DNA from: an uncultured Chloroflexia bacterium
GTDB taxonomy: Bacteria > Chloroflexota > Limnocylindria > Limnocylindrales > CSP1-4
Direction: 5' to 3'
NCBI GenBank assembly: GCA_963759495.1
Contig: CAVWZL010000014.1
Location: 25,961-89,960 of the forward strand
DNA: 64,000 nt
In this document: positions 39,585 through 50,919 of the stretch, in pieces
How positions within the stretch are numbered: the first letter of the stretch is position 1
Layout: each line of letters opens with the position of its first letter
The notes under the pieces: generated by a model
What the model saw: only the letters and a program-made list of their open reading frames with translations
Database searches by the model: none
Told to the model about the DNA's origin: nothing
Made by a program: the position numbers and the translations under genes

Positions 39585-40567
39585 CTAGAGCCCCGTCCCG
39601 CCCCCCGCGTGCAGGTGCGCCGACAGCTCGCCCGCGACGCGCGCGTCATTGACGATCAGCGCGGTGTTCGCACGCACCGAGGCGCCGTCGGTGATCGTGG
39701 CGATTCGCGCGAGCAGCCAGGGCGTGAGAGCAGGGCCACGGATCGCGCGCCGCCTCGGCGTCGTCGATCGCCTGCTCGACGGCGTCCCGCGCATCCTCCT
39801 CGGTCAGCGCGTCCTCGAACGGGACCGGCGCGCACACGAGGACACCGCTCCCCAGACCGAGCCCGAGATGGATCGCGGCGACGCGCGCAGCGGACGCGAC
39901 GTCGTCAACGCTGAAGGGCGCCGGGATGCCCGCTCGAGCGGGCGTAGAAGCCCGGCAGGTCCGGCTGGCCCACGGCAACGACCGGCACGCCCCGCGTCTC
40001 GAGGTATTCGAGGGTGATGGCACGTCGAGGATCGCCTTCGGGCCGGCGCAGACGACGGCCATCGGCGTCCGGGCGAGCTCCTGCGAGGTCCGAGGAGATG
40101 TCAAGCGTCGGCACGTCAGCTGACCCCGGCGAGCCGAGCGCCGCGGTGGACGCCGCCGATCCCGCCGGTCGCGAAGACCCGGATCCCGGCCGCGTGCGCA
40201 GCGATCATCGTGGCCGAGACCGTCGTCGCCGCCCAGCCGCCTTCGTGGAGGGCCATTGCGAGGCTCGGTCGGGCCGCCTTATCGGACCGACCCGACCGGC
40301 GCAGTCGCGAACGCCTCGAGCGCGGCCTCGTCCAGACCGACGAGCAGCCGCCCATCGCGGACCGCCACGGTGGCGGGCACCGCGCCGGACTCCCGCACCG
40401 CCGCCTCGGACGCGCGCGCAACCTCGAGGTTCTGCGGGTACGGCAGCCCGTGGCTGATCAGCGTGGATTCGAGCGCGACGACGGGTCGCCCGTCGCGCAA
40501 CGCCATCGGCGACCTCGGGCGCAACCACCAGGCGCGCCGAGATCGTGGAGGCGACGCCGGGCGGCAT
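39585..40567 (-). pseudogene. psuG: Pseudouridine-5'-phosphate glycosidase, >=4 frame changes
   Basis: Fragments across all frames: [21 protein letters not shown] / [25 protein letters not shown] / [25 protein letters not shown] / MAVVCAGPKAILDV / LEYLETRGVPVVAVG / [31 protein letters not shown] stop at 39585. Confidence 0.8.
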
Positions 40568-41540
40568 CAGCCAGGCGGCAGCTCGGGGCGGCGCGTGCCG
40601 AGCTGGCGGGCCGCGGCGCGATGACCGGCCAGCGCGGCGCGGCGCATCGAGGCAGGCAGGGCCTGGCCCGTGGAGCGGGCACCGAACCAGCCGACGAGGA
40701 AGCCGGCATCGAAGGCGTCGCCCGGCGCCCGTCGTGTCCGTGGCGGTCGGCCGTTCCGTGGCCACTTCGAACCGGAGCGCGGCTCGGTCGCCTTGCCGGG
40801 CCATCACGGTCGCCCCCTCGCGAGCCGCGCTTCACGACGACCACCGGCGCGAAGTCGAGCAGGCCCTCGACGCCGGCCCGGCCCAGGAGCGCCTCCGCCT
40901 CTGCCGCCGTCGCGAAAAAGCAGGTCGGGCGCCGCCTCGCGGACGAGCTCGCGGGCGACCCGCCGGCCATGACCGAGGAGCGGCCCGATCGACGCGAGAT
41001 CGACGGGTGACGCCGGCGCCGCCCGCCCGCGCGAGCTCGACCGCCCGACCGGCCGCGCACGCCCGAGCGGCTCGCCGAGCAGCGAGTACACCGGCAGGTG
41101 GAGCGCGTCGACGCGTCGAAGCCACGCCGGGTTGACGTCGTCCGGCCGCAGCTGAGTCGGCCGCGCCGCGATCGGCGACGAACGAGCGCTCGCCGTTCGG
41201 CGCGACGATGACCCCGATGCGGCCCGTCCGCGCTCCCGCGACCCGCGACACACGGGCCACGACCCGATCCGATTCCACCGCCTCGACGAGCGCGCGACCC
41301 GCCGCGTCCCGGCCCACGGCGCGCGATCAGCGTGACCTGTGCCCCGAGCCGGCCAAGCCAGCGGGCCGTGTTGGCGGCCGACCCACCCTGGACGAGCGCG
41401 ACGGACCCCGGCACATCCGTCCCGAGCTGGAGCGGCCCCTGCGATGCCAGGACCACATCGAGCATGAGATCGCCGAGAACGACGATGCGCGCGGCCGGCT
41501 GCGGGCGGGCGGTTCGGCGGCGTGGCCGGAGCGCTGGCAT
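40567..41540 (-). pseudogene. psuK: PfkB-family carbohydrate kinase (pseudouridine kinase-like), >=4 frame changes
   Basis: Fragments: RIVVLGDLMLDVV..GGSAANTARWLGRLGA / RTGRIGVIVAPNGERSF / LHLPVYSLLGEP / LLFATAAEAEALLG / DTTGAGDAFDAGF inferred across frames. The stop overlaps the psuG start at 40567. Confidence 0.7.
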
Positions 41541-41698
41541 GGCGGCGAGCATAGCGGCGTGCGGCTGCAGCCGTTTCGACACGTTTTGGCCCCGGTGACA
41601 AGGGCGGCGCGTGAGCGGCGGCAGTAGGATGGCCGGGTCCCGAACGCCAGGCAGCACGCCACAGCAGGGCCGGCCGACCCCAGCACCGGAGCCACCGC

Positions 41699-43853
41699 AT
41701 GACGATCGCCACGGACCTCGACCGGCTCGCCATCGACACGATCCGGACGCTCTCGATCGACGGGGTGCAGAAGGCGAACTCGGGTCACCCGGGCGCACCG
41801 ATGGGGGCCGCGCCGATGGCCTACGTGGTGTGGACCCGCTACCTCCGCCACGCTCCGACTCACCCCGCCTGGCCGAACCGTGACCGGTTCGTGCTCTCGG
41901 CCGGGCACGCGAGCATGCTCCTGTACTCGCTCCTCCACCTCACCGGGTACGACCTCGCCCTCGAGGACCTCCAGGCGTTCCGCCAGTGGGGATCGCGGAC
42001 GCCGGGCCACCCGGAGTACGGGCTCACGCCCGGGGTCGAGGCCACCACCGGCCCGCTGGGCCAGGGCTTCGCGAACGCGGATCGGGATGGCGATCGCCGA
42101 GCGACGGCTTGCCTCGGAGTTCAATCGCCCCGACCACCTCCTGATCGATCACCGGGTCTACGGGATCGTCTCCGACGGCGACCTGCAGGAGGGCTCGCGT
42201 CCGAGGCCGCCTAGCTGGCCGGACACCTGCGGCTCGGCAAGGTGATCGTACCTGTACGACGACAACAAGATCCAGCTCGACGGCCCGACCTCGATGGCCT
42301 GGTCCGAGGACGTCCCGGCACGCTTCGACGCCTACGGCTGGCACACGCAGCGCGTCGAGAACGGCAACGACATCGCGGCGATCGAAGCGGCGCTCGATGC
42401 CGCGCAGGAGGACGAGCGGCCGAGCCTCATCGCGGTCCGCACGCACATCGGCTACGGCAGCCCCAACAGCAGGACACGCAGAAGGCGCACGGCTAGCCCG
42501 CTCGGCGACGACGAGGTTCGGCTCACCAAGGAGGCCTACGGCTGGGATCCCGATCGCCAGTTCTACGTGCCGGACGAGGTGCGCGAGCACTTCGAGCGGT
42601 TCGCCGCACAGGGGCAGAGCGCTCATCGACGACTGGGAGCGACGCGTCGCGAGCTACCGGGAGGACTACGCCGAGCTGGCCGACGAGCTCGATCGACGGA
42701 TCGCGGGCCGGCTGCCGGAGGGCTGGGACGCCGGGCTCAAGACCTACGCCGTCGGGGAAGAGATCGCGACGCGCAACGCGAGCCAGGAGGCGATCCAGGC
42801 GCTCGCGGAGCCGGTGCCGGAGCTGTTCGGCGGTTCCGCGGACCTTTCCGAGTCAAACCTGACGGACGTCAAGGGTGGCGGCGACCTCAATGCCGACGAG
42901 GCCGGGCCGGAACATCTGATTCGGTGTCCGCGAGCACGGCATGGGCGGGATCGTCAACGGCATCGCCTACCACGGCGGCTTCATCCCGTACGCGCGCCAC
43001 GTTCCTCAACTTCAGCGACTACATGCGGGGGTCGGTGCGCCTCGCCGCGCTCGCGGACCTGCACGTGGTCTACGTCTGGACCCACGATTCGGTGGGCTTG
43101 GGCGAGGACGGTCCGACGCACCAGCCGGTCGAGCACTACGCGGCGCTGCGCGCCATGCCGAACCTGTGGTTCGTGCGACCCGGCGACGCGAACGAGACCG
43201 CGGCCGCGTGGGCGCTGGCGGCGTCCCGTCGTGGCGGCCCCGTGGCGCTGTCGCTGACCCGCCAGAAGCTGCCGACGCTCGAGGGCACCGCCGAGAAGGC
43301 ACGGGACGGGCGTCGCCCGGGGCGGCTACGTCCTGCGGCGATGCGGCCGGTGGCACGCGCCCGAGGTGATCCTCATCGGCACCGGCTCGGAGCTCCAGCT
43401 CGCCGTCGGCGCCGCGGACGCGCTCGAGGCGGACGGCATCCCGGCCCGCGTCGTCTCGCTGCCCGTGCTGGGAGGCCTTCGAGGCCCAGGACCAGGCGTA
43501 CCGGGACGAAGTCCTGCCGCCCGACGTTCGTCGGCGCGTCGCGATCGAGGCCGGTGTGTCGCTCGGCTGGGAGCGCTACGCGGGCGACGAAGGCGCGATC
43601 GTCGGGCATCGACCACTTCGGCGCGTCCGCGCCTGCCGGGACGATCTTCGAGAAGTTCGGCTTCACAGCCGACCGCGTGGCGGACGTCGCCGGCGGGTCG
43701 TTCGCAACGGGCTGCGCGGCGCGTCCCGACGCTCGATCCGGGCCACCAGCCGGCCGGCCTCGGTCTGGGGTCGGCGCGAAGGGCGGCGCCACCCGTCGAT
43801 CGACGGGGCGATCGGCGTGGACCGGACCGCGCTCGGACCCGGGGCACTCCTGA
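41699..43853 (+). pseudogene. tkt: Transketolase, >=12 frame changes plus an in-frame TAG
   Basis: Motifs [96 protein letters not shown]. The pieces alternate among all three frames. TAG at 42212 sits where ..EAASLAGH.. is expected. 3' end uncertain. Confidence 0.9.
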
Positions 43854-44300
43854 TGCGGGTCGGGTTCGCGGCGGATCACGCGGAGCGGCCCTGAAGGCCG
43901 AGCTGCTCCGGCGCGTCGCGGCGCACGGCCCGACGACAGCTCGTCGACCTCGGCGGCGACGGCTCCGACCCGAACGACGACTACCCGGACTTCGCGCAGC
44001 GGCTCGCGCTCGCGTCGCGACGGCGAGGTCGAGCGGGGCATCCTCATCTGCGGCTCCGGCGTGGGGGCGAGCATCGCGGCGAACAAGGTCGGGCGTCCGC
44101 GCCGCCGTTGCCACGACACGTACTCGGCCCACCAGGGCGTGGAGCACGACGACATGAACGTCCTGACGCTCGGCTCGCGGGTCATCGGCCCGAGCCGGCG
44201 CTCGAGTGCGCGCTGGCCTTCCTGGCGCGACGTTCAGCGGCGAATCCGCCACCGCGCCGCCTCGACAAGGTCCTCGCGATCGAGCGAGCGATGCTCGGGG
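43853..44300 (+). pseudogene. rpiB: Ribose-5-phosphate isomerase B, several frame changes
   Basis: ATG 43853: [11 protein letters not shown]; [17 protein letters not shown]; [27 protein letters not shown]. Fragments lie in three frames. Stop not determinable. Confidence 0.7.
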
Positions 44301-44307
44301 GCAGCGC

Positions 44308-46149
44308 ATGGCGCGCGCGGATCTGCGATCCGACTCCCCGGAGCGGATCGCAGGCGATCGACGAGCTGTCGCGCGCGACCACGGAGCGCTGGGCGGAGCG
44401 GCTGTTCGACCGCGACACGACGCTCTGGACGGACGACCCGGACGTGGCGCGAACATCGCGACCGGCTCGGCTGGCTCGACGCGCCGGCGCACTTCGCCCA
44501 GAACACCGCCGCGCTCGAAGGCTTCGGCGACGGCGTCGTCGAGGCCGGCTTCGACACACGCGGTCGTCGATGGGCATGGGCGGCTCCAGCCTCGCGCCGG
44601 ACGTCCTCCACCGCACATTCGGCACGACCGAGGGCTACCTCGGGCTGCGCATCCTCGACTCGACTGACCCGACGTCCGTGGCGGCAGCCGTCGACGACCT
44701 CGACCCGCTCGAGACGCTCTGGATCGTCGCCAGCAAGTCGGGCACGACCACGGAGCCGAATGGCGTTCCTGGCGGACGCGTGGGCCCGGGTCGAGGCGCG
44801 CGCTCGAGGAGCGCCATGACGGCCCGACCAGCAGCCGGGCGAGTTCTTCGTGGCGATCACCGACCCCGGCAAGAGCATCGATGCGATCCCCCACCACGAC
44901 GACCTGCGCGAGCATCTTCCTGAACCCGCCCGACATCGGCGGGCGGTACTCGGCGCTGACCTACGTGGGACTCGTGCCGGCGTCGCTCATCGGGCTCGAC
45001 CTCGACGCGCTGCTCGCGCTGCCACGGCGATGCTCGGCGCCTGCCGGGAGCCGGACCCGGCGCGCAACCCCGGCGTCTCGCTCGGTCTGGCAATGGGGGG
45101 CCTTGCGCGCGCGGGCCGCGACAAGCTGACGTTCCTCGCCGATGCCGAGATCGCGAGCTTCGGCGCATGGGCCGAGCAGCTGATCGCCGAGAGCACGGGC
45201 AAGCGTGGCGTCGGCATCGTCCCGGTCGACCTGGAGCCGCTCGGCACGCCCGCGTCCTACGGCACGGACCGCGCGTTCGTGCGCTCGGCGCTGGACGGCA
45301 GGCGCGGCCGGTCCGCCGGACGCCCTCGCCGATGGGCTGGAGGCGGCGGGTCAGCCGGTGATCCGGATCGAGCTCTGTACGATCCGATCGACCTCGGCGG
45401 CGAGATGGTGCGCTGGGAGGTCGCGACGGCGATCGCGGGGGCGGTCCTCGGGATCGACCCGTTCGACCAGCCGAACGTCGAGGAGGCCAAGGAGCTCACG
45501 CGACGCGTGCTCGATGCAAGGGACCCGCTGCCGAGGAGCGGCTCGAGCACCCGACCGACTGGGCAGGCGCGAACGTCGTCGACGCGCCCGAGCGGCCGCC
45601 GAGCGTCCCGATCCTCGCCGAGAGCGACGGGCTCGTGCTCATCGGGATGCCGCCATGCGGCTGACCGCCGACGGCAGCGGAATCGTCGGTGAGCTCGCGC
45701 GGCACCTGGCCCGGCGGCGACCGAACGCTACGTCGCGATCCAGGCGTTCATCGCACCCGACGCCGGAACGCGACGAGGCGATCGCCCGGATCCGCGGCGC
45801 TGCTCGCGACCGACGGGACGCGCGACGACGGCCGGCTACGGTCCGCGCTTCCTCCACTCGACCGGCCAGCTGCACAAGGGCGGCCCGCCGACCGGCGTGT
45901 TCCTCCAGCTGACCTCGGACCATCCGGACGATCGCCCGATCCGGGCTGGCCGTACACGTTCGGCACGGCTGATCGACGCCCAGGCCCGCGGCGACCGCGA
46001 GGCGCCTCGGGCGCACGATCGGCCCGTCCTCCAGGTCCACCTCGGCCCGACCTCGACGGCGGGCTGATCGCCCTCGAGCGCGCCCTCGCGGCTGCGCTGG
46101 AGGCACGCACGCAACCGCGGCACGCCCGCGGCCCCGCCCAGGAGGATGA
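44308..46149 (+). pseudogene. pgi: Glucose-6-phosphate isomerase, >=8 frame changes
   Basis: Motifs [78 protein letters not shown]. The fragments alternate frames. The only nearby stop (TGA 46147) is in another frame. Confidence 0.75.
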
Positions 46150-46151
46150 CC

Positions 46152-47059
46152 ATGCACATCGGCTTCATCGGGCTCGGGCGGATGGGGGCGAACATGGTCC
46201 GCCGGCTCGTCCGGGACGGGCACGAGATCGTGGCCTACAACCGGACCGTCGAGAAGACGAAGGAGCTCGAGGGCGAGGGCGCCGACCGGCCGTCGTACGC
46301 GATCGAGGAGCTCGTCGGCGAAGCTCGAGAAGCCGCGCGCCGTCTGGATCATGGTCCCGGCGGGCGACGCCACCGAGGCCCAGATCGCCGAGCTGCTCGA
46401 GCACCTCGAGCCCGGCGACACGATCATCGACGGCGGCAACACGAACTTCCACGACGACGTCGCGCCGCCACGCCGAGCTCACGGAGAACGGCATCCAGTA
46501 CATCGATGCCGGGACGTCCGGCGGGATCTGGGGCCTCGCAGAACGGCTACTGCCTGATGGTCGGCGGGGACCGGGAGGCCGTGGAGCCGCTGAGTCCCGA
46601 TCTTCCGATCGCTCGCCCCGGAGGACGGCTACCTCCACGCCGGCGGCCCGGGCGCCGGGCACTACGTGAAGATGGTCCACAACGGCATCGAGTACGGCCT
46701 GATGCAGGCCTACGCCGAGGGCTTCGAGATCATGCACGCGAGCGAGTACCCGCTCGATCTCGGGGCCATCTCCGAGCTGTGGATCCACGGCTCGGTCGTC
46801 CGGTCGTGGCTGCTGGAGCTTGCGGCGCGCGCGTTCAAGGCCAATGGCCAGGATCTCGAGCACCTCAAGGGCTGGGTCGCCGACTCGGGCGAGGGCCGCT
46901 GGACGGTCCAGGAGGCGATCGACCGCGACGTCCCCGCGCCGGTCATCACGCTCGTCGCTCCAGACGCGGTTCCGGTCGCGCCAGGACGACTCGTACGGCG
47001 CGAAGGTCCTCGCCGCGCTGCGCAACGAGTTCGGCGGTCACGCGGTCAAGACGGGATAG
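46152..47059 (+). pseudogene. gnd: 6-phosphogluconate dehydrogenase (decarboxylating, short Gnd-like form), >=5 frame changes
   Basis: AGGAGG lies 7 nt upstream of ATG 46152. Motifs [74 protein letters not shown], ending ..[13 protein letters not shown]. Confidence 0.8.
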
Positions 47060-47073
47060 GCGAGCGAACGACA

Positions 47074-48769
47074 TGGCCGATACGGCGACGCGGCGACGAT
47101 CGCGGCCCGAGCAGCTCCGCCGAGCAAGCCGCCACGACCCGTCGCCGAAGGGCAAGCCGAAGACGCGCCCGGACCGATGCGCGACGCTGCGCATGGCCGC
47201 GCGAGACACGCCGGCAAGGCCGCCGACCCGCGCAGCACGAGAACTCGCTGCGCGAGGGGCTCCGGCTCGAACGCGTGCCCGATCCGCACGTCATGGTCCT
47301 GTTCGGAGCGACCGGCGACCTGTCCCACCGCAAGGTGTTCCCGGCGCTCGCCCAGCTGTGGCGGACGAACCTGCTGCCCGCCGATTGGGCGCTCGTCGCG
47401 CGTCGGGCGCCGGCCGTACGACGACGAGTCGTTCCGCGCGGAGATTCGCGCATCGCTCGAGAAGTACTGCCGGTCATCCAGCTCGACGAGGCGGCGTGGA
47501 CGGCCTTCCTGCCGAGCGGGTCGCGTACCAGCGTCGCGACTTCGCTGAGCGCCGATGGTTCGACAGGCTGGCTGACGCGCCTGGACATGCTCGACGAGGA
47601 GCGACGGGACGCGCGGCAACCTGCTCTTCTACCTCGCGACGCAGCCGTCGCAGTTCGCCGAGATCGTCGGCGCAGCTCGGGCGCGTGCGGGCTCGACCAC
47701 GAGCAGGCACGACGGCGGCTGGCGCCGGATCATCATCGAGAAGCCGTTCGGGCACGACTTCGACTCGGCGCAAGCAGCTCAACCGCGAGGTGCACAAGGT
47801 CTTCCGCGAGTCGCAGGTCTATCGCATCGACCACTACCTGGGCAAGGAGACGGTCCGGAACCTCCTGGTCTTCCGGTTCGGCAACGGCATCTTCGAGCCG
47901 ATCTGGAATCGGCGCTACGTCGATCACGTCCAGATCACCGTGGCCGAGTCGATCGGCGTCGAGGACCGCGGCGCGTTCTACGAGGAGACCGGTGCGTCCG
48001 CGACGTGCTCCAGAACCACCTGCTCCAGCTGCTGAGCCTCGTCGCGATGGAGCCGCCGGCGACGTTCGAGGCCGACGCCCTGCGCGACGAGAAGGTCAAG
48101 GTGCTGCGCGCGATCGCGCCGCTCGATCCGCAGGAGGCGGCGCGACGTCGTCCGCGGCCAGTACGGACCGGGCTGGGTCGCGCGGCGCAGCGTCCCGGGC
48201 TACCGCGAGGAGAAGGAGGTCGACCCGCAGTCCGAGACCGAGACCTTCGTCGCCGCGCAGTTCGACGATCGACGACTGGCGCTGGTCCGGCGTGCCGTTC
48301 TACCTCCGGACCGGCAAGCGGCTCGCCAAAGCGCGCGACGGAGATCGCGATCCAGTTCCGCGAGGTGCCCGCACCGGCTCTTCGCGCGACTCGGCGACCG
48401 ATCCCGAGCCGAACCTGCTGGCGATCCGCATCCAGCCCGACGAGGGCATCATGCTGCGCTTCGGCTCGAAGGTCCCGGGCCTCGGGCTCGACATCCGCCC
48501 GGTGACGATGGACTTCACCTACGGCGCGGCGTTCGCGTCGACACGCCGGACGCGTACGAGACGCTGATGCTCGACGCGATGCTGGGCGACCAGTCGCTGT
48601 TCACGCGGGCGGACGAGGTCGAGGAGGCCTGGGCGATCGTCGACCCGATCATCGAGGCGTGGCTGGACTGCCCGGCGCCGGAGTTCCCGAACTACGCGGC
48701 CGGGACCTGGGGGCCGGCGCAGCCGACGAGCTGATCGAGCGCGACGGCCGGCGCTGGCGGCGGCTGTGA
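47074..48769 (+). pseudogene. zwf: Glucose-6-phosphate 1-dehydrogenase, >=8 frame changes; start uncertain
   Basis: Motifs [85 protein letters not shown], ending ..DGRRWRRL-TGA (48767-69). Confidence 0.85.
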
Positions 48770-50082
48770 CGACCTCGTCGAGGGCGGCGGACGGGCCGGT
48801 CGCGACGCCGATCGGCGCCGTCGAGCCGGGCGCGCTCGCGCTCGGCAAGCCGATGCTGCGCTGGTCGTCGCACGCGCGCACGATCGACGGCGTCGCGACC
48901 GAGCTGGCCCGGATCTGGTCGCAGTCGATCTAGCTGACCAGGCCGGCGAGGAGGCGAGCGGGCGTCGCGTCGCGGCACGGTCGAGCGTGATGAACCTCGT
49001 CGTCGTCGCCGCGCCGCGCGAGAGTCGGCGAGCGCTGCGCCGCGACCATCGAGGCACTCACCGTGCGCCATCCGTCACGGACGCTGATCGTGACCTCGGC
49101 CGACCCGGACGGGCCGGCCTGGATCGACGCGCAGGTCCAGGCGCACTGCGTGCTGCCGCGCGAGGACGTCGCCGAGACCTGCTCCGAGATGATCTAGCTG
49201 ACCGGCGGCGGCGAGGCGGGCCAGCACCTGGCCGCGCTCGTGGCGCCGCTCGTGGTCCATGACCTGCCGGTGACGGTGTGGTGGCCGGGCGAGCCGCAGT
49301 TCGGGTCGCCGCCGTCCGTCGAGCTCCTGAGCGGCGGACCGGATCCTCGTCGACGGCTCGGGCTGGACCGGCGACGGGCTCGCCCGGCTGCGCGGCTGGC
49401 CGCGCTGCCCGAGACGGCGCGGTCGAGGTCGCCGACTTCGCGCTCGTCCGGCAGTCGCGCTGGCGGGAGGCGATCGCCTCGACCTTCGACGGCCCCGAGT
49501 TCCTGCCCTACCTGCGCTCGCTCCGCCGTATCGCCGTCGCCTACGCGACGCACGACGAAATCGGGCGAGGCCGGCGCCACGAACGTCGTCAGGCCGGTCT
49601 ACCACGTGGCATGGCTGGCTTCGCGGCTCGGGCTGCGCGTCGTGCGACCGCTCGCCCCCGTGACGCTGTCAGCGGCAGCCGCTGCCCGCCGGCCGAAGCC
49701 TGGCGCCCGGCCGGCGAGCCGATCCGTCGTGGGTCGCGGTCTGTCGGCAACGCTGGCTGACGGTCGCGGTGAGGTCAGCGTCGTCGTGCGGCCGGTCACC
49801 TCGCAGATGCCTGCCGGGACGACGCTCCGGGTGGAGCTCCTCGCCGAGCGTCGTGGATCGGAGCTGCGCGCCGACGTGACCGCCGAGCAGGACACGGTCC
49901 GGGTGCGGGTCTGGCAGGACGGCGTCGAGGCGCTCGACCGGCATTTCACCGCTCCCCGGCGGACGGATGTCGACCTGCTGGCGCAGGCGATCGAGGCGAG
50001 CGGGCACGACCGCGTCGCCGAGGACGCCCTGCGGGTCGCCGCGTCACTCGTCGGGCCGGGCGAGACGGGCGCGGGCCGATGA
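48766..50082 (+). pseudogene. opcA: Glucose-6-phosphate dehydrogenase assembly protein OpcA, about 5 frame changes and in-frame TAG codons
   Basis: GTG 48766 overlaps the zwf stop. Motifs NLVVVAAPRE, LTVRHPSRTLIV, HDLPVTVWWPGEP, FALVRQSRWREAIASTFD. TAG at 48931 and 49195. The last shift is near ~49567 and the 3' third is intact. Confidence 0.8.
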
Positions 50083-50867
50083 CGGATCGAGACGCCGGGC
50101 CCGGCACCGAGCCACGGATCGTCCGTGTGGCCGACCCGGACGCCGCGGGCTCGGCCGCGGCCGAGGTCATCGCCGATGCCCTGGCGCGCGCAGCCGGCGC
50201 ACGTGGCCGCGCGGACTGGGTCACGACGGGCGGCTCGACCCCTGTCCCGATCTACCGGGCGCTCAGCGGGTCCCACCTGCGCGACACGATGCCCTGGGAC
50301 CGCACCCACGTCTGGTGGGGCGACGAGCGATTCGTGCCGCGCGAGCACGAGCTGTCCAACGTCAAGCCGCTCGACGACGCGCTCCTGCGTGACGGCGCCG
50401 CGCCGCTTCCCCGGAAGAACATCCATCCGTTCCCGGTGGCGCGCACGCTGGCGGCCGGGCAGGACGAGGCATGGTGCGCCGCGGAGCTGGCGGGCGAGCT
50501 CCAGGCATCGGGCGTGGCCACGGCCGAGGGCTGGCCGGTCTTCGATCTCGTGCTGCTGGGCATGGGACCGGACGGTCACATCCTGTCGGTCTTCCCCGGG
50601 TCGGCCACGTTCGCATCCGGGTCGTGGGCGCTTGCCGTCCCCGCGCCGCAGCACGTGGAGCCGCACGTTCCACGCGTGACGCTCAACCCCGCGATCGTGA
50701 CGGTGGCGCGCGAGGTCCTCGTCGTGGCGCACGGCGCGGGAAAGGCCGACATCGTGCGGCGCGTGCTGACCGGCCCGCTCGACACCGACCAGCTTCCGGC
50801 ACAGCTCGCGCGCAGACCGGGCGCGACCTGGATCCTGGACGAGGCGGCTGCCGCCGGGCTGCCCTGA
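50079..50867 (+). CDS. pgl: 6-phosphogluconolactonase
   Basis: ATG 50079 overlaps the opcA stop (ATGA). Intact 262 aa. Motifs WVTTGGSTPVPIY, VWWGDERFVP, LLGMGPDGHILSVFPG. Confidence 0.85.
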   Translation: MTDRDAGPGTEPRIVRVADPDAAGSAAAEVIADALARAAGARGRADWVTTGGSTPVPIYRALSGSHLRDTMPWDRTHVWWGDERFVPREHELSNVKPLDDALLRDGAAPLPRKNIHPFPVARTLAAGQDEAWCAAELAGELQASGVATAEGWPVFDLVLLGMGPDGHILSVFPGSATFASGSWALAVPAPQHVEPHVPRVTLNPAIVTVAREVLVVAHGAGKADIVRRVLTGPLDTDQLPAQLARRPGATWILDEAAAAGLP

Positions 50868-50919
50868 CCAGGTTGGGCGCGGCAGGGCGTGCATCGGGCC
50901 GCCGGTCCGTAGGCGCCCC

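Noticed and set aside
39226-39600. Known housekeeping RNA (RNase P, tmRNA, SRP/4.5S) in the 39.3-kb intergenic region
   Set aside because: I could not find the universal cores on either strand: GAGGAAAGTCCGGGC / ACAGAACCCGGCTTA for RNase P, the tRNA-like CCA end and tag ORF for tmRNA, or GGAAGCAGCC-type helix 8 for SRP. It is kept only as an unclassified candidate.
42212-49197. In-frame TAG codons as evidence for stop-codon reassignment or pyrrolysine
   Set aside because: TAG is used as a normal terminator by intact genes here (4827, 18454, 33806, 39585). The in-frame TAGs occur only inside the error-dense block and in recurrent k-mer contexts.
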